IMG/VR virus record: IMGVR_UViG_3300024999_000014 | Span: 1 to 59,672 of that record | Direction: 5' to 3' (one strand) | Source of the DNA: a virus | DNA length: 59,672 nt | Shown here: positions 51,506 to 59,672 of the stretch, in pieces | How the letters are laid out: every line of letters begins with the position of its first letter | Numbering within the stretch: position 1 is the stretch's first letter | Translations under genes and position numbers: made by a program | The notes under the pieces: generated by a model | Told to the model about the DNA's origin: nothing | Databases searched by the model: none | What the model saw: the letters and a program-made list of their open reading frames with translations, nothing else

Positions 51506-52282
51506 ATGTCTTTTTATAACAACGACGTAACACTTCGAACGACTAGCGTAACCGGAGCGCGGGAGATTAAGGCCAGCGCACACTACGCCTACATTACAGG
51601 CGGCGCTACCTTAGACGGCAGTAAGTTTGCTGTAAGTGAGCTTATACTAGAAGGCCAATGCCTGGTAAAAGACGACGTAACCGGAAAATACGAGAAGTAT
51701 GCAGACGGGGCAGCTGCCCCTGCTGTGATTATCGGAGCCGTAAACGTAACCCCAGCCGACTTAAACGGAATTAACGCCGGAACTTCCGTAAAATTCACGG
51801 TAAACGGCATGGACTATGTTATAGCTAATACCCCGCTAGCCGCACTTATGGCCGCAGGCGGTACCGCTGCAATTATAGCCGCTGTAAAAGCTGCCGCTAA
51901 CATTCATGGCGGGATCTTGGACGACGTAGCCAGTGTAGCGTTAAGCGCGAATAAGCTACGCGTTGCTACCGAAGACATGGGCAGCGGCCAAACTATTACC
52001 TTTACGGGTACCTGGGGCGTAGTCGGCGATCAGGCGACCGTAGAAGGTGCGTTAGGCGTAGCCAGTGGCGTTACGGACAGCGGTAACGGAGCTTTTCCAG
52101 TTGGGAAATCTAACCCGGTAGTTTTGGACGAATCCATTAAGTTTGTACCCGACGACGCGGGGGCTAACCCTGACGTAACATTCGGTCAGGGCATGGTACA
52201 CGGCGCCGTATATTCCGGTATGTGTATCGGACTTACCGCCGCGTTTAAGGCGGCCTTCGCTGGCAGCGTACGCTTTATCTAA
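51506..52282 (+). CDS. head decoration / capsid-associated protein
   Basis: 258 aa, between scaffold and major capsid. Confidence 0.4.
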   Translation: MSFYNNDVTLRTTSVTGAREIKASAHYAYITGGATLDGSKFAVSELILEGQCLVKDDVTGKYEKYADGAAAPAVIIGAVNVTPADLNGINAGTSVKFTVNGMDYVIANTPLAALMAAGGTAAIIAAVKAAANIHGGILDDVASVALSANKLRVATEDMGSGQTITFTGTWGVVGDQATVEGALGVASGVTDSGNGAFPVGKSNPVVLDESIKFVPDDAGANPDVTFGQGMVHGAVYSGMCIGLTAAFKAAFAGSVRFI

Positions 52283-52309
52283 AATTAAATAACAGGAGGT
52301 ATAAAAGAC

Positions 52310-53320
52310 ATGGCCGGACTTGCGCAATACAGCCAATTCTTCGACAACCCGCTTTTAACTGAGACAATCAAGGAAATTCCAGTACCCGCTACGTATATTG
52401 GCGGCGACTACCTACCAGCCGAAGACTCTTACGAAATGGAGTGGCACGAAACCGTAATTACGCGACAAGCTGACATGGCTAATATCGTAGACAATGGGGC
52501 AGAACTTCCGCTAACTGACCGCGACCCCATGAGTACGGTATCCGGTAAGATTGTCGATATTGGACAGTCCTATATCGTAGACAAAAAGGAGCTAGGTGCC
52601 CTTCTTGATAAGGGTAACGCCCAGCGTCGCCTTATCGCAGAAAAGCAGCTGCTTGGTAAGACCGCTACGGTAAAGACTAACATTGACGCCCGTATCGAGT
52701 GGATGCGCTGGCAGGCACTTGGCGAAGGTGCCCTTACTTACGCTAAAGACGGGATTATGTTAGGCGTAGACTTTGGCGTACCAGCTGGTAATAAGAAAAC
52801 CGCAGCTGTCAAATGGGACGACGCTAACCCTACTATTCTGCTGGATTTGGAAGCATGGAACCAGGCCTACGTAGACCTTAACGGCATGGCACCAGACGAC
52901 TTCGTAGCTAGTATTGCGGTTATTCGGGCCATTATGAACGACGCCGGAGTAAGAAAGGGCATTACGGGCTTATCAGACAAGCTGGTAACCCTGGAAGAAC
53001 TTAACGCCTTCCTTACGGGCCGTCAAATGGCTAGGGTACGCGCTTTCGATACCGTGGTAACCTACCGCGACGTAAACAATAACGGTACCCGTGTATCCCA
53101 GCGCTTACTTAGTGACAAGAAAGGCGTATTTCTTAAGCGGGGCCGGGAAATCGGTATCCAGGTACTAGGCCCGACCATTGAAAACGAAATGAACCCTGGA
53201 TTATTCGCCCGGAGCTTTACCCAGGAACGGCCTAAGCGGGAAATCGTAGAAGTAGTAGCTTCCAGCTTCCCGAAAATTAACGATCCTAAACTTATTATGC
53301 CCTGTACAGTAATGCTTTAA
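52310..53320 (+). CDS. major capsid protein (lambda gpE-like family)
   Basis: 336 aa. The N-terminus ...FFDNPLLTETIKEIPVPATYIGGDYLP is typical of the capsid-E family. Followed by a hairpin. Confidence 0.7.
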   Translation: MAGLAQYSQFFDNPLLTETIKEIPVPATYIGGDYLPAEDSYEMEWHETVITRQADMANIVDNGAELPLTDRDPMSTVSGKIVDIGQSYIVDKKELGALLDKGNAQRRLIAEKQLLGKTATVKTNIDARIEWMRWQALGEGALTYAKDGIMLGVDFGVPAGNKKTAAVKWDDANPTILLDLEAWNQAYVDLNGMAPDDFVASIAVIRAIMNDAGVRKGITGLSDKLVTLEELNAFLTGRQMARVRAFDTVVTYRDVNNNGTRVSQRLLSDKKGVFLKRGREIGIQVLGPTIENEMNPGLFARSFTQERPKREIVEVVASSFPKINDPKLIMPCTVML

Positions 53321-53342
53321 TCCTAAGTTTTAAAAATTACGG

Positions 53343-53366
53343 GGGCTGCTAACGGCAGCCCTTAGT
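53343..53366 (+). terminator. hairpin after the capsid gene (attenuator/terminator)
   Basis: gggctgc-taacg-gcagccc with a weak T-run. Confidence 0.4.
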
Positions 53367-53389
53367 TAATTACGTGGGGGTATCAACGA

Positions 53390-53767
53390 ATGATGTTTGT
53401 AATTCTAAAAGGTTCAGTAACCTACCAGGGACGAAATGCAGTAGCTGGGGAAGGCATAGTACTACCGGAACGTAGCGCTAAGTCTTTAGTAGCTGCAGGA
53501 CTGGCCGAATTTACTAGCGAACAGCCACAAAAAGACGCCGTAAATGAGTTAAAAAGCGAAGGCGGTAGTAATTTACCTGACGAAGGCCAAAAAGGGCAGG
53601 AAGAGGACGTAGCGCTTTTGGCTAAGGCCATAGAAGACCAGTACAAACGTGACGAATTAGCCGAAGCTGCTAAACTTATCGGCGTAGAATTTAAGTACGA
53701 TGCAAAGAAGGCCGAAATTATTACGGCGGCAATCGAACAGGGTAAGGCAGCCGCCCTGTTAAAGTAA
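53390..53767 (+). CDS. hypothetical head protein with Rho_N/SAP-like C-terminus
   Basis: KRDELAEAAKLIGVEFKYDAKKAEIITA. Confidence 0.45.
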   Translation: MMFVILKGSVTYQGRNAVAGEGIVLPERSAKSLVAAGLAEFTSEQPQKDAVNELKSEGGSNLPDEGQKGQEEDVALLAKAIEDQYKRDELAEAAKLIGVEFKYDAKKAEIITAAIEQGKAAALLK

Positions 53768-53779
53768 GGGGGCTAGCTT

Positions 53780-54154
53780 ATGTATCTTACAGCGGTGGAA
53801 TTGACCAGTACGTACTACCCGAAAGCTGCGGTTATGGAAACTACGGACATAAACACGTACCTTATGCGGGCTAATAGCTTCGCCCAGGGTATCGTAGGCG
53901 GCCCGCTACCGGAAGCTTACATAGACGACGGCCTTAAAACGGCGGTAGCTATGGCTTTCGAAATAATGGCCCAGGGGGAAAGTGCTAAAGTAGACGCGGT
54001 AACCGGGAACATTACCGAAGCAGCGCCCGCCGGATATTACCAGGTAAAGCGACCCGACCCACTGGATACGGTTAAGACAATGCTTATACCGTACACAATG
54101 CAGTACGACCGTTTGCTTAAGCCGGATAATAACAGGGGCGTACGCTTCTTATGA
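53780..54154 (+). CDS. head-tail connector (gp6-like)
   Basis: 124 aa; call is based on position. Confidence 0.5.
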   Translation: MYLTAVELTSTYYPKAAVMETTDINTYLMRANSFAQGIVGGPLPEAYIDDGLKTAVAMAFEIMAQGESAKVDAVTGNITEAAPAGYYQVKRPDPLDTVKTMLIPYTMQYDRLLKPDNNRGVRFL

Positions 54155-54651
54155 GCAGTACAACTATTAGGTTAGACGCTAACTTTAGACGCTGGGAAAC
54201 CTGGCTTAAGAACCTGGAGAAAGGCGACGTAGACCGAATGAAAGACCGGATACTACGTACTGGAGGGCTTAGGGAACTTGAATACCTGCATGATTTAACC
54301 CCCAGGCGTTCCGGGCGCTTACAAAATAGCATGTCCATGGGCGGTCAAAATAATGTATTCAATGTTACGGTAGGCGCTAAGGTATCTAAGGCCCTGGTAG
54401 GAACGAACGTACCGTATGCGGAATGGGTAAACAATGGATTTACGCAGAAAGCTGGGCAATTTGTGCCGGGCGAATGGCGTAGCGGGACATTCCACTACCA
54501 GCCAGGCTTCGACGGCGGCATGGTACTAACGGGTAAAACTGTCGAGGGCGCCCACATGTTCGAAAAGTCCCTGGAATACCTGGAAGACGATATGCCAAGG
54601 ATTATAAACTACGAACTACGGCGCTTATGGCGTGAATTGGAGGGTATTTGA
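54151..54651 (+). CDS. HK97 gp10-family head-tail joining protein
   Basis: LTPRRSGRLQNS motif. Confidence 0.6.
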   Translation: MSSTTIRLDANFRRWETWLKNLEKGDVDRMKDRILRTGGLRELEYLHDLTPRRSGRLQNSMSMGGQNNVFNVTVGAKVSKALVGTNVPYAEWVNNGFTQKAGQFVPGEWRSGTFHYQPGFDGGMVLTGKTVEGAHMFEKSLEYLEDDMPRIINYELRRLWRELEGI

Positions 54652-55142
54652 TGGCGTATGAAAAAGAGCTGGAAGCATTGCAGCGCTGGGTAAAGTCAGT
54701 AGCCGGGCTTAATTCCGTACGTCTATCGGATGCCCAGCCAAAGGTAGCGCGGCCAGTTATCCTATGGGAAACGCCCAGCCGAAGCAAGAACCGAAATCTA
54801 AGCCGTTACCAGTATGTAAATAGGGTTACTCAGTACGGAAGGCTATACGTTAATAGCTTAGACCAGCTTTTAACCTACCAGGAAGCCTTACTAGGCGACT
54901 TGGAAGAAAAGGTAGGTGTATTGCCTGTCTACGCGGCTGACGGTACAGTAGCGGCTAACTTAAAAGCCGTAGAGCTTGACTTTACGGATAACCAAGGTCA
55001 AGCTATTTCCAGTTTAGACGTGCCCTTTAGCATTAAGTACGAAGTAACGTACGGCAGGGTAAGGCCAGCAGAACCGCCGCCAGCTACGACGGTGACTACG
55101 AAAATAACAGCCTTAGCTACTAGCCAAAGTACGACAATTTAA
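54648..55142 (+). CDS. tail completion/terminator-like protein
   Basis: 164 aa, upstream of the sheath gene. Confidence 0.4.
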   Translation: MMAYEKELEALQRWVKSVAGLNSVRLSDAQPKVARPVILWETPSRSKNRNLSRYQYVNRVTQYGRLYVNSLDQLLTYQEALLGDLEEKVGVLPVYAADGTVAANLKAVELDFTDNQGQAISSLDVPFSIKYEVTYGRVRPAEPPPATTVTTKITALATSQSTTI

Positions 55143-55159
55143 CAAGGGGGTAAATCTCC

Positions 55160-55363
55160 ATGGCAGAGAAAAAGGAAAAAGAAATTATTCCGGTATTCGA
55201 GCCGCAAGCCCTAAAAAACGCAGGGCCTGCGGTATTCGGCGTAATGCCGGAGGTAATGGCCGGGGCACTTTATGGCGTTACTGATAGCCTGACTATCGAC
55301 CAGGCTAAGGAAAAGCTCAAAGCGTTCCAGGCTAAACCAGTAAATAACGAAGGAGGTATCTAA
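55160..55363 (+). CDS. hypothetical protein
   Basis: 67 aa with SD aaggggg. Confidence 0.45.
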   Translation: MAEKKEKEIIPVFEPQALKNAGPAVFGVMPEVMAGALYGVTDSLTIDQAKEKLKAFQAKPVNNEGGI

Positions 55364-55365
55364 GC

Positions 55366-56757
55366 ATGGCTGGTACGTATATCGAAGGCAGCAGTAAGCC
55401 ATTAAGCGGCGTATACACGCTTATCTTAGCGGCGGTATCAAGTGTATCCATGGGAACCAGGGGAACGATAGCCTACCCGTTTACGTCAGACTGGGGGCCT
55501 GTTAACGTCTTAACACCCATAGCACAAGGCGGGGAATTTAGAGACTTGTACAATGCTGACAAAACAGCGCTTACGGCGGCTAAGATTTATAAGCACGCGT
55601 ACAAAGGTTCGCCACAAAAACTACTGGCCTACCGAATGGCTACAGGGCAGGTAAAAGGCACATGTAGTCTGGGAGTAGATTCTCTGCAGCTGGAAACCTT
55701 GTATCCTTCGGCCAGGGCCTTTAGTGCCGTAGTTAAGGACGACGCGGTAACCGGTGGGAAAACTATTGACATTGTAGAAGGTGGCGTAAAACTGGTTAGT
55801 GTAACCGCAGCCACAAACGCGGATTTAGCCGCTAAGCTTAACGTAAGCGACTACGTAAGGGTAACCAGTGCAGGAGCTACCTTACCAGTTAATAGCGCGG
55901 GCGTAGCCTTCGCAGGCGGTAATAACGGTTCCGTGGTTACAGTAACCCAGTACAGCGCGTTCTTAGACGAGCTGGAAGCAGACGGAACGGCTAATAGCTT
56001 TTCACTAGACGGCGTAAGCGAAGACGCTATTATAACCGTCGTTACTGACTGGCTACGGCGGGTAAGAACAGAAGGCCTGTATATAACCTTCGTAAACGGC
56101 GGCCCGGCTGCCTGGGATACGGACGGCGGCGCTGCCGCTAATGCTAAGTCTGTATCCTTTAATCATAGGGGAATAGTTAACGTAGGGAACGGCTGCGACG
56201 GCTATACTGCCGCTGAAATGGCTATCTTTATAGCTGCCCGTGTAGCGTCTATCGCCCTTAATCGTACGGTAACCGACGAAACGGTACCATATACCGCCTT
56301 AAACAAAAAGCTTAAGCCAGGACAGCGTATTACAGCTAAAGAAAAAGGCACGCTGGTATTTGTGGCGGCTGGCGATTTCGTGGAAATCGACGAAGGCGTA
56401 AATACTCTTACGGCGCCGCCTGCTGATGAAAGCGCGGAATTCGGAAAAATTCGCATAAATAACGCGCTGGATGCTATCAGTAAAGACCTGGAAGCCTTCG
56501 GAAATACGTACAAGAAGTCAAAAAGTAATACCCAGGAGGCTAGGGAAACTTACGCGGCCACTGTCGAAAACAGCTACCTGCGTCCTTTGGCCGCTATGGA
56601 AGTTATCCAAGACGGCTTTTTCTACCGACCAGACCCGGAATACCACGGGAAGACCGCCGTATTTAGCCCTAAGATTGACGAAGCGTTTTTCTACGCTGAC
56701 ATTACCCCGGTAGATTCGATGGAACGTATCTACCAGAAAATTAACGTAAACTTCTAA
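55366..56757 (+). CDS. tail sheath protein (XkdK-like)
   Basis: 463 aa, directly followed by the tube gene. Confidence 0.8.
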   Translation: MAGTYIEGSSKPLSGVYTLILAAVSSVSMGTRGTIAYPFTSDWGPVNVLTPIAQGGEFRDLYNADKTALTAAKIYKHAYKGSPQKLLAYRMATGQVKGTCSLGVDSLQLETLYPSARAFSAVVKDDAVTGGKTIDIVEGGVKLVSVTAATNADLAAKLNVSDYVRVTSAGATLPVNSAGVAFAGGNNGSVVTVTQYSAFLDELEADGTANSFSLDGVSEDAIITVVTDWLRRVRTEGLYITFVNGGPAAWDTDGGAAANAKSVSFNHRGIVNVGNGCDGYTAAEMAIFIAARVASIALNRTVTDETVPYTALNKKLKPGQRITAKEKGTLVFVAAGDFVEIDEGVNTLTAPPADESAEFGKIRINNALDAISKDLEAFGNTYKKSKSNTQEARETYAATVENSYLRPLAAMEVIQDGFFYRPDPEYHGKTAVFSPKIDEAFFYADITPVDSMERIYQKINVNF

Positions 56758-56781
56758 AGTAAAAAGGGGGTATAGGAACTA

Positions 56782-57207
56782 ATGGCAAACTTCGAAGCTA
56801 ACGAAGCTATTAACGGGCTGTACGGATTTGTTTACGATGAGAACGGCCAGCAAATGCAAAGTACCCAGGAGTTCGAAGCTAGCGTAGAGCTAGCCAAGGA
56901 AGAGATTAAGCAAGCTGGAAAATTCATGTCCGGGCATAAAGTAATGGGGGGCAGCGGTAAAGGCAGCGTTAAGATGCTTAAAATTGATACCAGGCTACAG
57001 AAGAAAATAGCGGAAAGCCCGACCGCTAAGTACAACTACGTAGGGAAACTGGCAGACCCCACGGCTAAGGGAGAAGAAGGGGTATTGTTAATCGGCGTAA
57101 GCTTTGACACAATACCGCTGATGGGCTTCACGTTAGGCGAACTGGTAGAGGTAGACCTAGACTACACGTTTGACGACTACCGATACCTTGATACTATCGA
57201 CGCGTAA
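56782..57207 (+). CDS. tail tube protein (XkdM-like)
   Basis: 141 aa; call is based on position. Confidence 0.75.
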   Translation: MANFEANEAINGLYGFVYDENGQQMQSTQEFEASVELAKEEIKQAGKFMSGHKVMGGSGKGSVKMLKIDTRLQKKIAESPTAKYNYVGKLADPTAKGEEGVLLIGVSFDTIPLMGFTLGELVEVDLDYTFDDYRYLDTIDA

Positions 57208-57261
57208 CTAGAAAGGGCTGGCCGTAGGGCTGGCCCTAATTTTATGTAGGGGGTAAAAACG

Positions 57262-57723
57262 ATGTCCAAATTTATTACGCTGGAAGATGTACTGGGAAAA
57301 GACGCCGCCGAACTTACCGAACTGAAAAAAAGTGAATTTACTTCGGCTACATTAGGCTTAATACCGTTTACAGCTTTAGAGCATGCGGAATATAAGCAGG
57401 CTAAAAAGGATTGCGTTAAATTTGTACCGGATGGAACCGGAGGTATGCAGCCCGAAGTAGACGACGATAAGCTTATGCTTAGGGTTATCCAGGCCGCCGT
57501 AAATAAAGACGACCGTAGTACTTTTACATTCCAGGATAAACGATTACTGGAAAAGCTGAAATTAACGACGGGCGATCAGGCTACAGCTGCACTGCTAAAT
57601 CCTGGGGAAATTGTGAACTTCGCAGTAGCTGTACAGAACTTAAGCGGCTTTGGTAAACAAGCGCAGAAAGCGAATGAAGCCGCCGTAAAAAACTCCTTAA
57701 GTCTAGCGCCGAAGCCCGACTAA
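57262..57723 (+). CDS. tail assembly chaperone (G-like, XkdN-like)
   Basis: 153 aa, between tube and tape measure. Confidence 0.75.
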   Translation: MSKFITLEDVLGKDAAELTELKKSEFTSATLGLIPFTALEHAEYKQAKKDCVKFVPDGTGGMQPEVDDDKLMLRVIQAAVNKDDRSTFTFQDKRLLEKLKLTTGDQATAALLNPGEIVNFAVAVQNLSGFGKQAQKANEAAVKNSLSLAPKPD

Positions 57724-57857
57724 TAGCCTACATATGGCGCGAAAAACGGATTTTACCCGGCGTCATATACAACCTACCAGCGCTAGAACGTGAATTTGTT
57801 TACCAGGCTACCCTAGAAGAAATAAAAGCGAATAAAAAGGCTGCTAAACAGCGGTAA
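57262..57857 (+). CDS. tail assembly chaperone G-T fusion via programmed -1 frameshift
   Basis: The -1 frame is open from the slippery site to TAA 57855-57857 (...KKLLKSSAEARLIAYIWREKRILPG...KQR). Confidence 0.65.
57687..57693 (+). other. slippery heptamer A_AAA_AAC
   Basis: X_XXY_YYZ in the zero frame (gtA AAA AAC), 10 codons before the G stop. Confidence 0.65.
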
Positions 57858-57872
57858 GAAAGGGGGTAACGC

Positions 57873-59672
57873 ATGTCTAACCTTTTCACTATGGGCGCTC
57901 AAATAATTCTAAATGACGCATTTACGCCGCGTATTAATACTGCGGAAAGGGCTTCCCGTAGTTTTCGGGAAAGTTTGTTTAGTCTTAAAGGCGCCCTAAC
58001 CGCAGTAGCTGGTAGTATGGCAATAAAGGCAAGCTTCGACTGGCTGGTAAAGGGTAACGCTGATATGGAAACGTACCAGAATACCCTAGCTATAGTCATG
58101 GGCAGCCAGGAAAAGGCGGTAGAAACGCTGGCCTGGGCTAATAAGTTCGCCGCGTCAACGCCATTTGAAATACCGCAAATTGTTGAAGCCACTACACGTA
58201 TGAGCGCTTACGGACTTAATGCACAAAAGACATTAGGCATTGTAGGCGACATGGCTAGCGTAATGGGTAAAGACCTTATGCAGGCTGTAGAAGCCGTAGC
58301 CGACGCGCAGACCGGAGAAGTAGAACGGCTTAAAGAATTCGGTATCACGAAAGGCATGATACAGCAACAAGCTAAAATGCTGGGTTCTAACCCCATAAAT
58401 AACCAGGGACAAATAACCGACCAGAAAGCATTTAACGCAGCCCTGTTTAGCTTAATGGAAAAGCGGTATAAGGGCGGTATGGACTTACAAAGTAAAACGT
58501 TTAAAGGCATGATGTCGAACGTACAGGACTTCGTAAGTAGCGCCGGAAGGACTTTAGGAAAGCCAATATTCGACGCGCTAAAGTCTGGCTTAAGCAGCAG
58601 CCTGGACTGGATGAATAAGCTGCAGGGAAGCGGGGCTATTGACGCAGCCGCTAACGAAGTGGCGTACTTCGGTAAGCTTGTAGGCGGGGTATTTTCTTCA
58701 TCGTTTCAAGTAGCTAAGGATAATGTAGATATGATAAGCGGTAAGCTTATAGTATTTTACAATACCCATAAGCCGCAGATAGATGCCGTAGGACAACTAA
58801 TTCAAAAGGTATTTACGGATTTATGGACTACTTCCTCAGAAGTACTGGATTGGCTACGAACTAATGCACTACCAGGTGTAATAGATTCCCTTACCACTGT
58901 AGGTGGCTGGGTGCTAAATATCGCTAGTTTCTTTAACGATAACTGGAGTACCATCAAGCCACTAATCGAAGGTATAGCTATTGCCTGGGGAATTTTCATA
59001 GGGTACCAGAAAGCCGTAGCATTAGCTACCCGTATATCTACAGCAGCACAATGGGCATGGAACGCGGCTATGAGTGCAAATCCAGCGGGCCTAATCGTTA
59101 CAGCCATCGGGCTACTAATCGGTGCGGGTATCTTGCTATACCAAAATTGGGATACGGTAAAACAAGGTGCCGCTGACTTGTGGGTATCAATTAAAAATTA
59201 TTTTGCTTCTGGTGTAAATTTCGCTATAGACAAATTAAATTGGCTTATCAGTAAAATACAGTTAGTACCAGGCTTCGGGGATACCCCGCTAATAGCCAGA
59301 ATGGAACTAGACACGTCAAGCAATACCAGCGCCGACGGTATGAAAGCGGCCCGAAGTATGGACTTAGGTATTGATGGTAGCAATAAAAACGGCCTAAGCT
59401 ACGTACCATACGACGGGTATATATCCGAACTCCATAAAGGCGAAATGGTGCTAACAGCCAAAGAAGCTGACCGTATGCGGCAAGGCATTACAGCTGGTAC
59501 CGGGGCGCTTGCTGCTGGTGTACCCGGCTTGCCTGGAATGTCCGGTGCTGCTGGTGTACCCGGCTTGCCTGGAATGTCCGGTGCTGCTGGTGTACCCGGC
59601 TTGCCTGGAATGTCCGGTGCTGCTGGTGTACCCGGCTTGCCTGGAATGTCCGGTGCTGCTGGTGTACCCGGC
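57873..59672 (+). CDS. tail tape measure protein, N-terminal 600 aa (runs off window end, continues at 1..367)
   Basis: SD aagggggt + ATG. No stop to the window end. The TP901-type TMP core (...TLAWANKFAASTPFE...GDMASVMG...) ends in the (GAAGVPGLPGMS)n repeat. Confidence 0.85.
   Translation, partial: MSNLFTMGAQIILNDAFTPRINTAERASRSFRESLFSLKGALTAVAGSMAIKASFDWLVKGNADMETYQNTLAIVMGSQEKAVETLAWANKFAASTPFEIPQIVEATTRMSAYGLNAQKTLGIVGDMASVMGKDLMQAVEAVADAQTGEVERLKEFGITKGMIQQQAKMLGSNPINNQGQITDQKAFNAALFSLMEKRYKGGMDLQSKTFKGMMSNVQDFVSSAGRTLGKPIFDALKSGLSSSLDWMNKLQGSGAIDAAANEVAYFGKLVGGVFSSSFQVAKDNVDMISGKLIVFYNTHKPQIDAVGQLIQKVFTDLWTTSSEVLDWLRTNALPGVIDSLTTVGGWVLNIASFFNDNWSTIKPLIEGIAIAWGIFIGYQKAVALATRISTAAQWAWNAAMSANPAGLIVTAIGLLIGAGILLYQNWDTVKQGAADLWVSIKNYFASGVNFAIDKLNWLISKIQLVPGFGDTPLIARMELDTSSNTSADGMKAARSMDLGIDGSNKNGLSYVPYDGYISELHKGEMVLTAKEADRMRQGITAGTGALAAGVPGLPGMSGAAGVPGLPGMSGAAGVPGLPGMSGAAGVPGLPGMSGAAGVPG
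59510..59672. repeat. 36-bp in-frame tandem repeat (4.5 copies) at window end
   Basis: Units at 59510, 59546, 59582, 59618 and 59654 (19 nt), identical to the unit at 1-105. Confidence 0.95.

Noticed and set aside
57214-57235. agggctggcc-gt-agggctggcc after the tube gene, considered as a terminator.
   Set aside because: It is a direct rather than inverted repeat. Only a short ggcc/ggcc pairing is possible and the T-run is weak.
59510-59672. A regular array of 36-bp direct repeats at both window ends. Considered as a possible CRISPR array.
   Set aside because: The units are contiguous with no spacers, lie in frame inside the tape-measure ORF and translate to a Gly/Pro-rich peptide repeat. 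No cas genes are present.
1-59672. tRNA/tmRNA genes, integrase or att sites, and additional VR copies elsewhere in the genome.
   Set aside because: Reading the intergenic regions showed no cloverleaf-like candidates. No recombinase motifs were seen in any ORF. The gggttccggtgcgc end of the TR/VR was seen only at 7461-7475 and 8036-8050. A tRNAscan, HMM or exact-match search is needed to be certain.

Overview
The window looks like an essentially complete, circularly closed genome of about 59.6 kb. Both ends fall inside the same 36-bp in-frame tandem repeat of the tape-measure gene. It belongs to a contractile-tailed, PBSX/Xkd-like temperate phage of a Firmicute-type host. Almost every gene is on the + strand. 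Family calls come from reading motifs by eye; no HMM or BLAST search was possible.

Late module (42.6-59.7 kb, continuing at 1-10.2 kb):
- sigma-region-4-like regulator, then a strong promoter with a terminated leader
- HGGxSTG/small-terminase candidate, large terminase, portal
- MuF/SPP1-gp7 head protein with a long HExxH-bearing C-terminal extension, followed by a small ORF
- Amidase_3, scaffold, decoration protein, capsid, connectors
- sheath, tube, G/G-T chaperone with an A_AAA_AAC -1 frameshift site, tape measure
- LysM protein, baseplate, fibres
- a complete diversity-generating retroelement (target-avd-TR-RT) aimed at the fibre tip
- XhlA-like protein and holin

Early module (10.9-39.9 kb):
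- RHH regulators and a ParM/ParR-like pair
- a T4SS-like trio: pilin-like membrane protein, membrane-anchored M23 peptidase, 880-aa VirB4/HerA-class ATPase
- a Rad50/SbcC gene split at its zinc hook by a degenerate HNH-AP2 gene, plus SbcD
- RecU-like resolvase, SF2 helicase, ThyX
- AEP primase-MCM fusion, C5-methyltransferase, family-A polymerase
- 3D-domain protein

Other points:
- A 2.36-kb ISL3-family element with three passenger ORFs sits at 39.9-42.2 kb.
- No integrase is recognisable, so a phage-plasmid lifestyle is proposed.
- Non-genic structure includes a recurring early promoter with a dyad operator motif (at least 5 copies).
- Two diverged, inverted AT-rich/hairpin modules bracket the early region.
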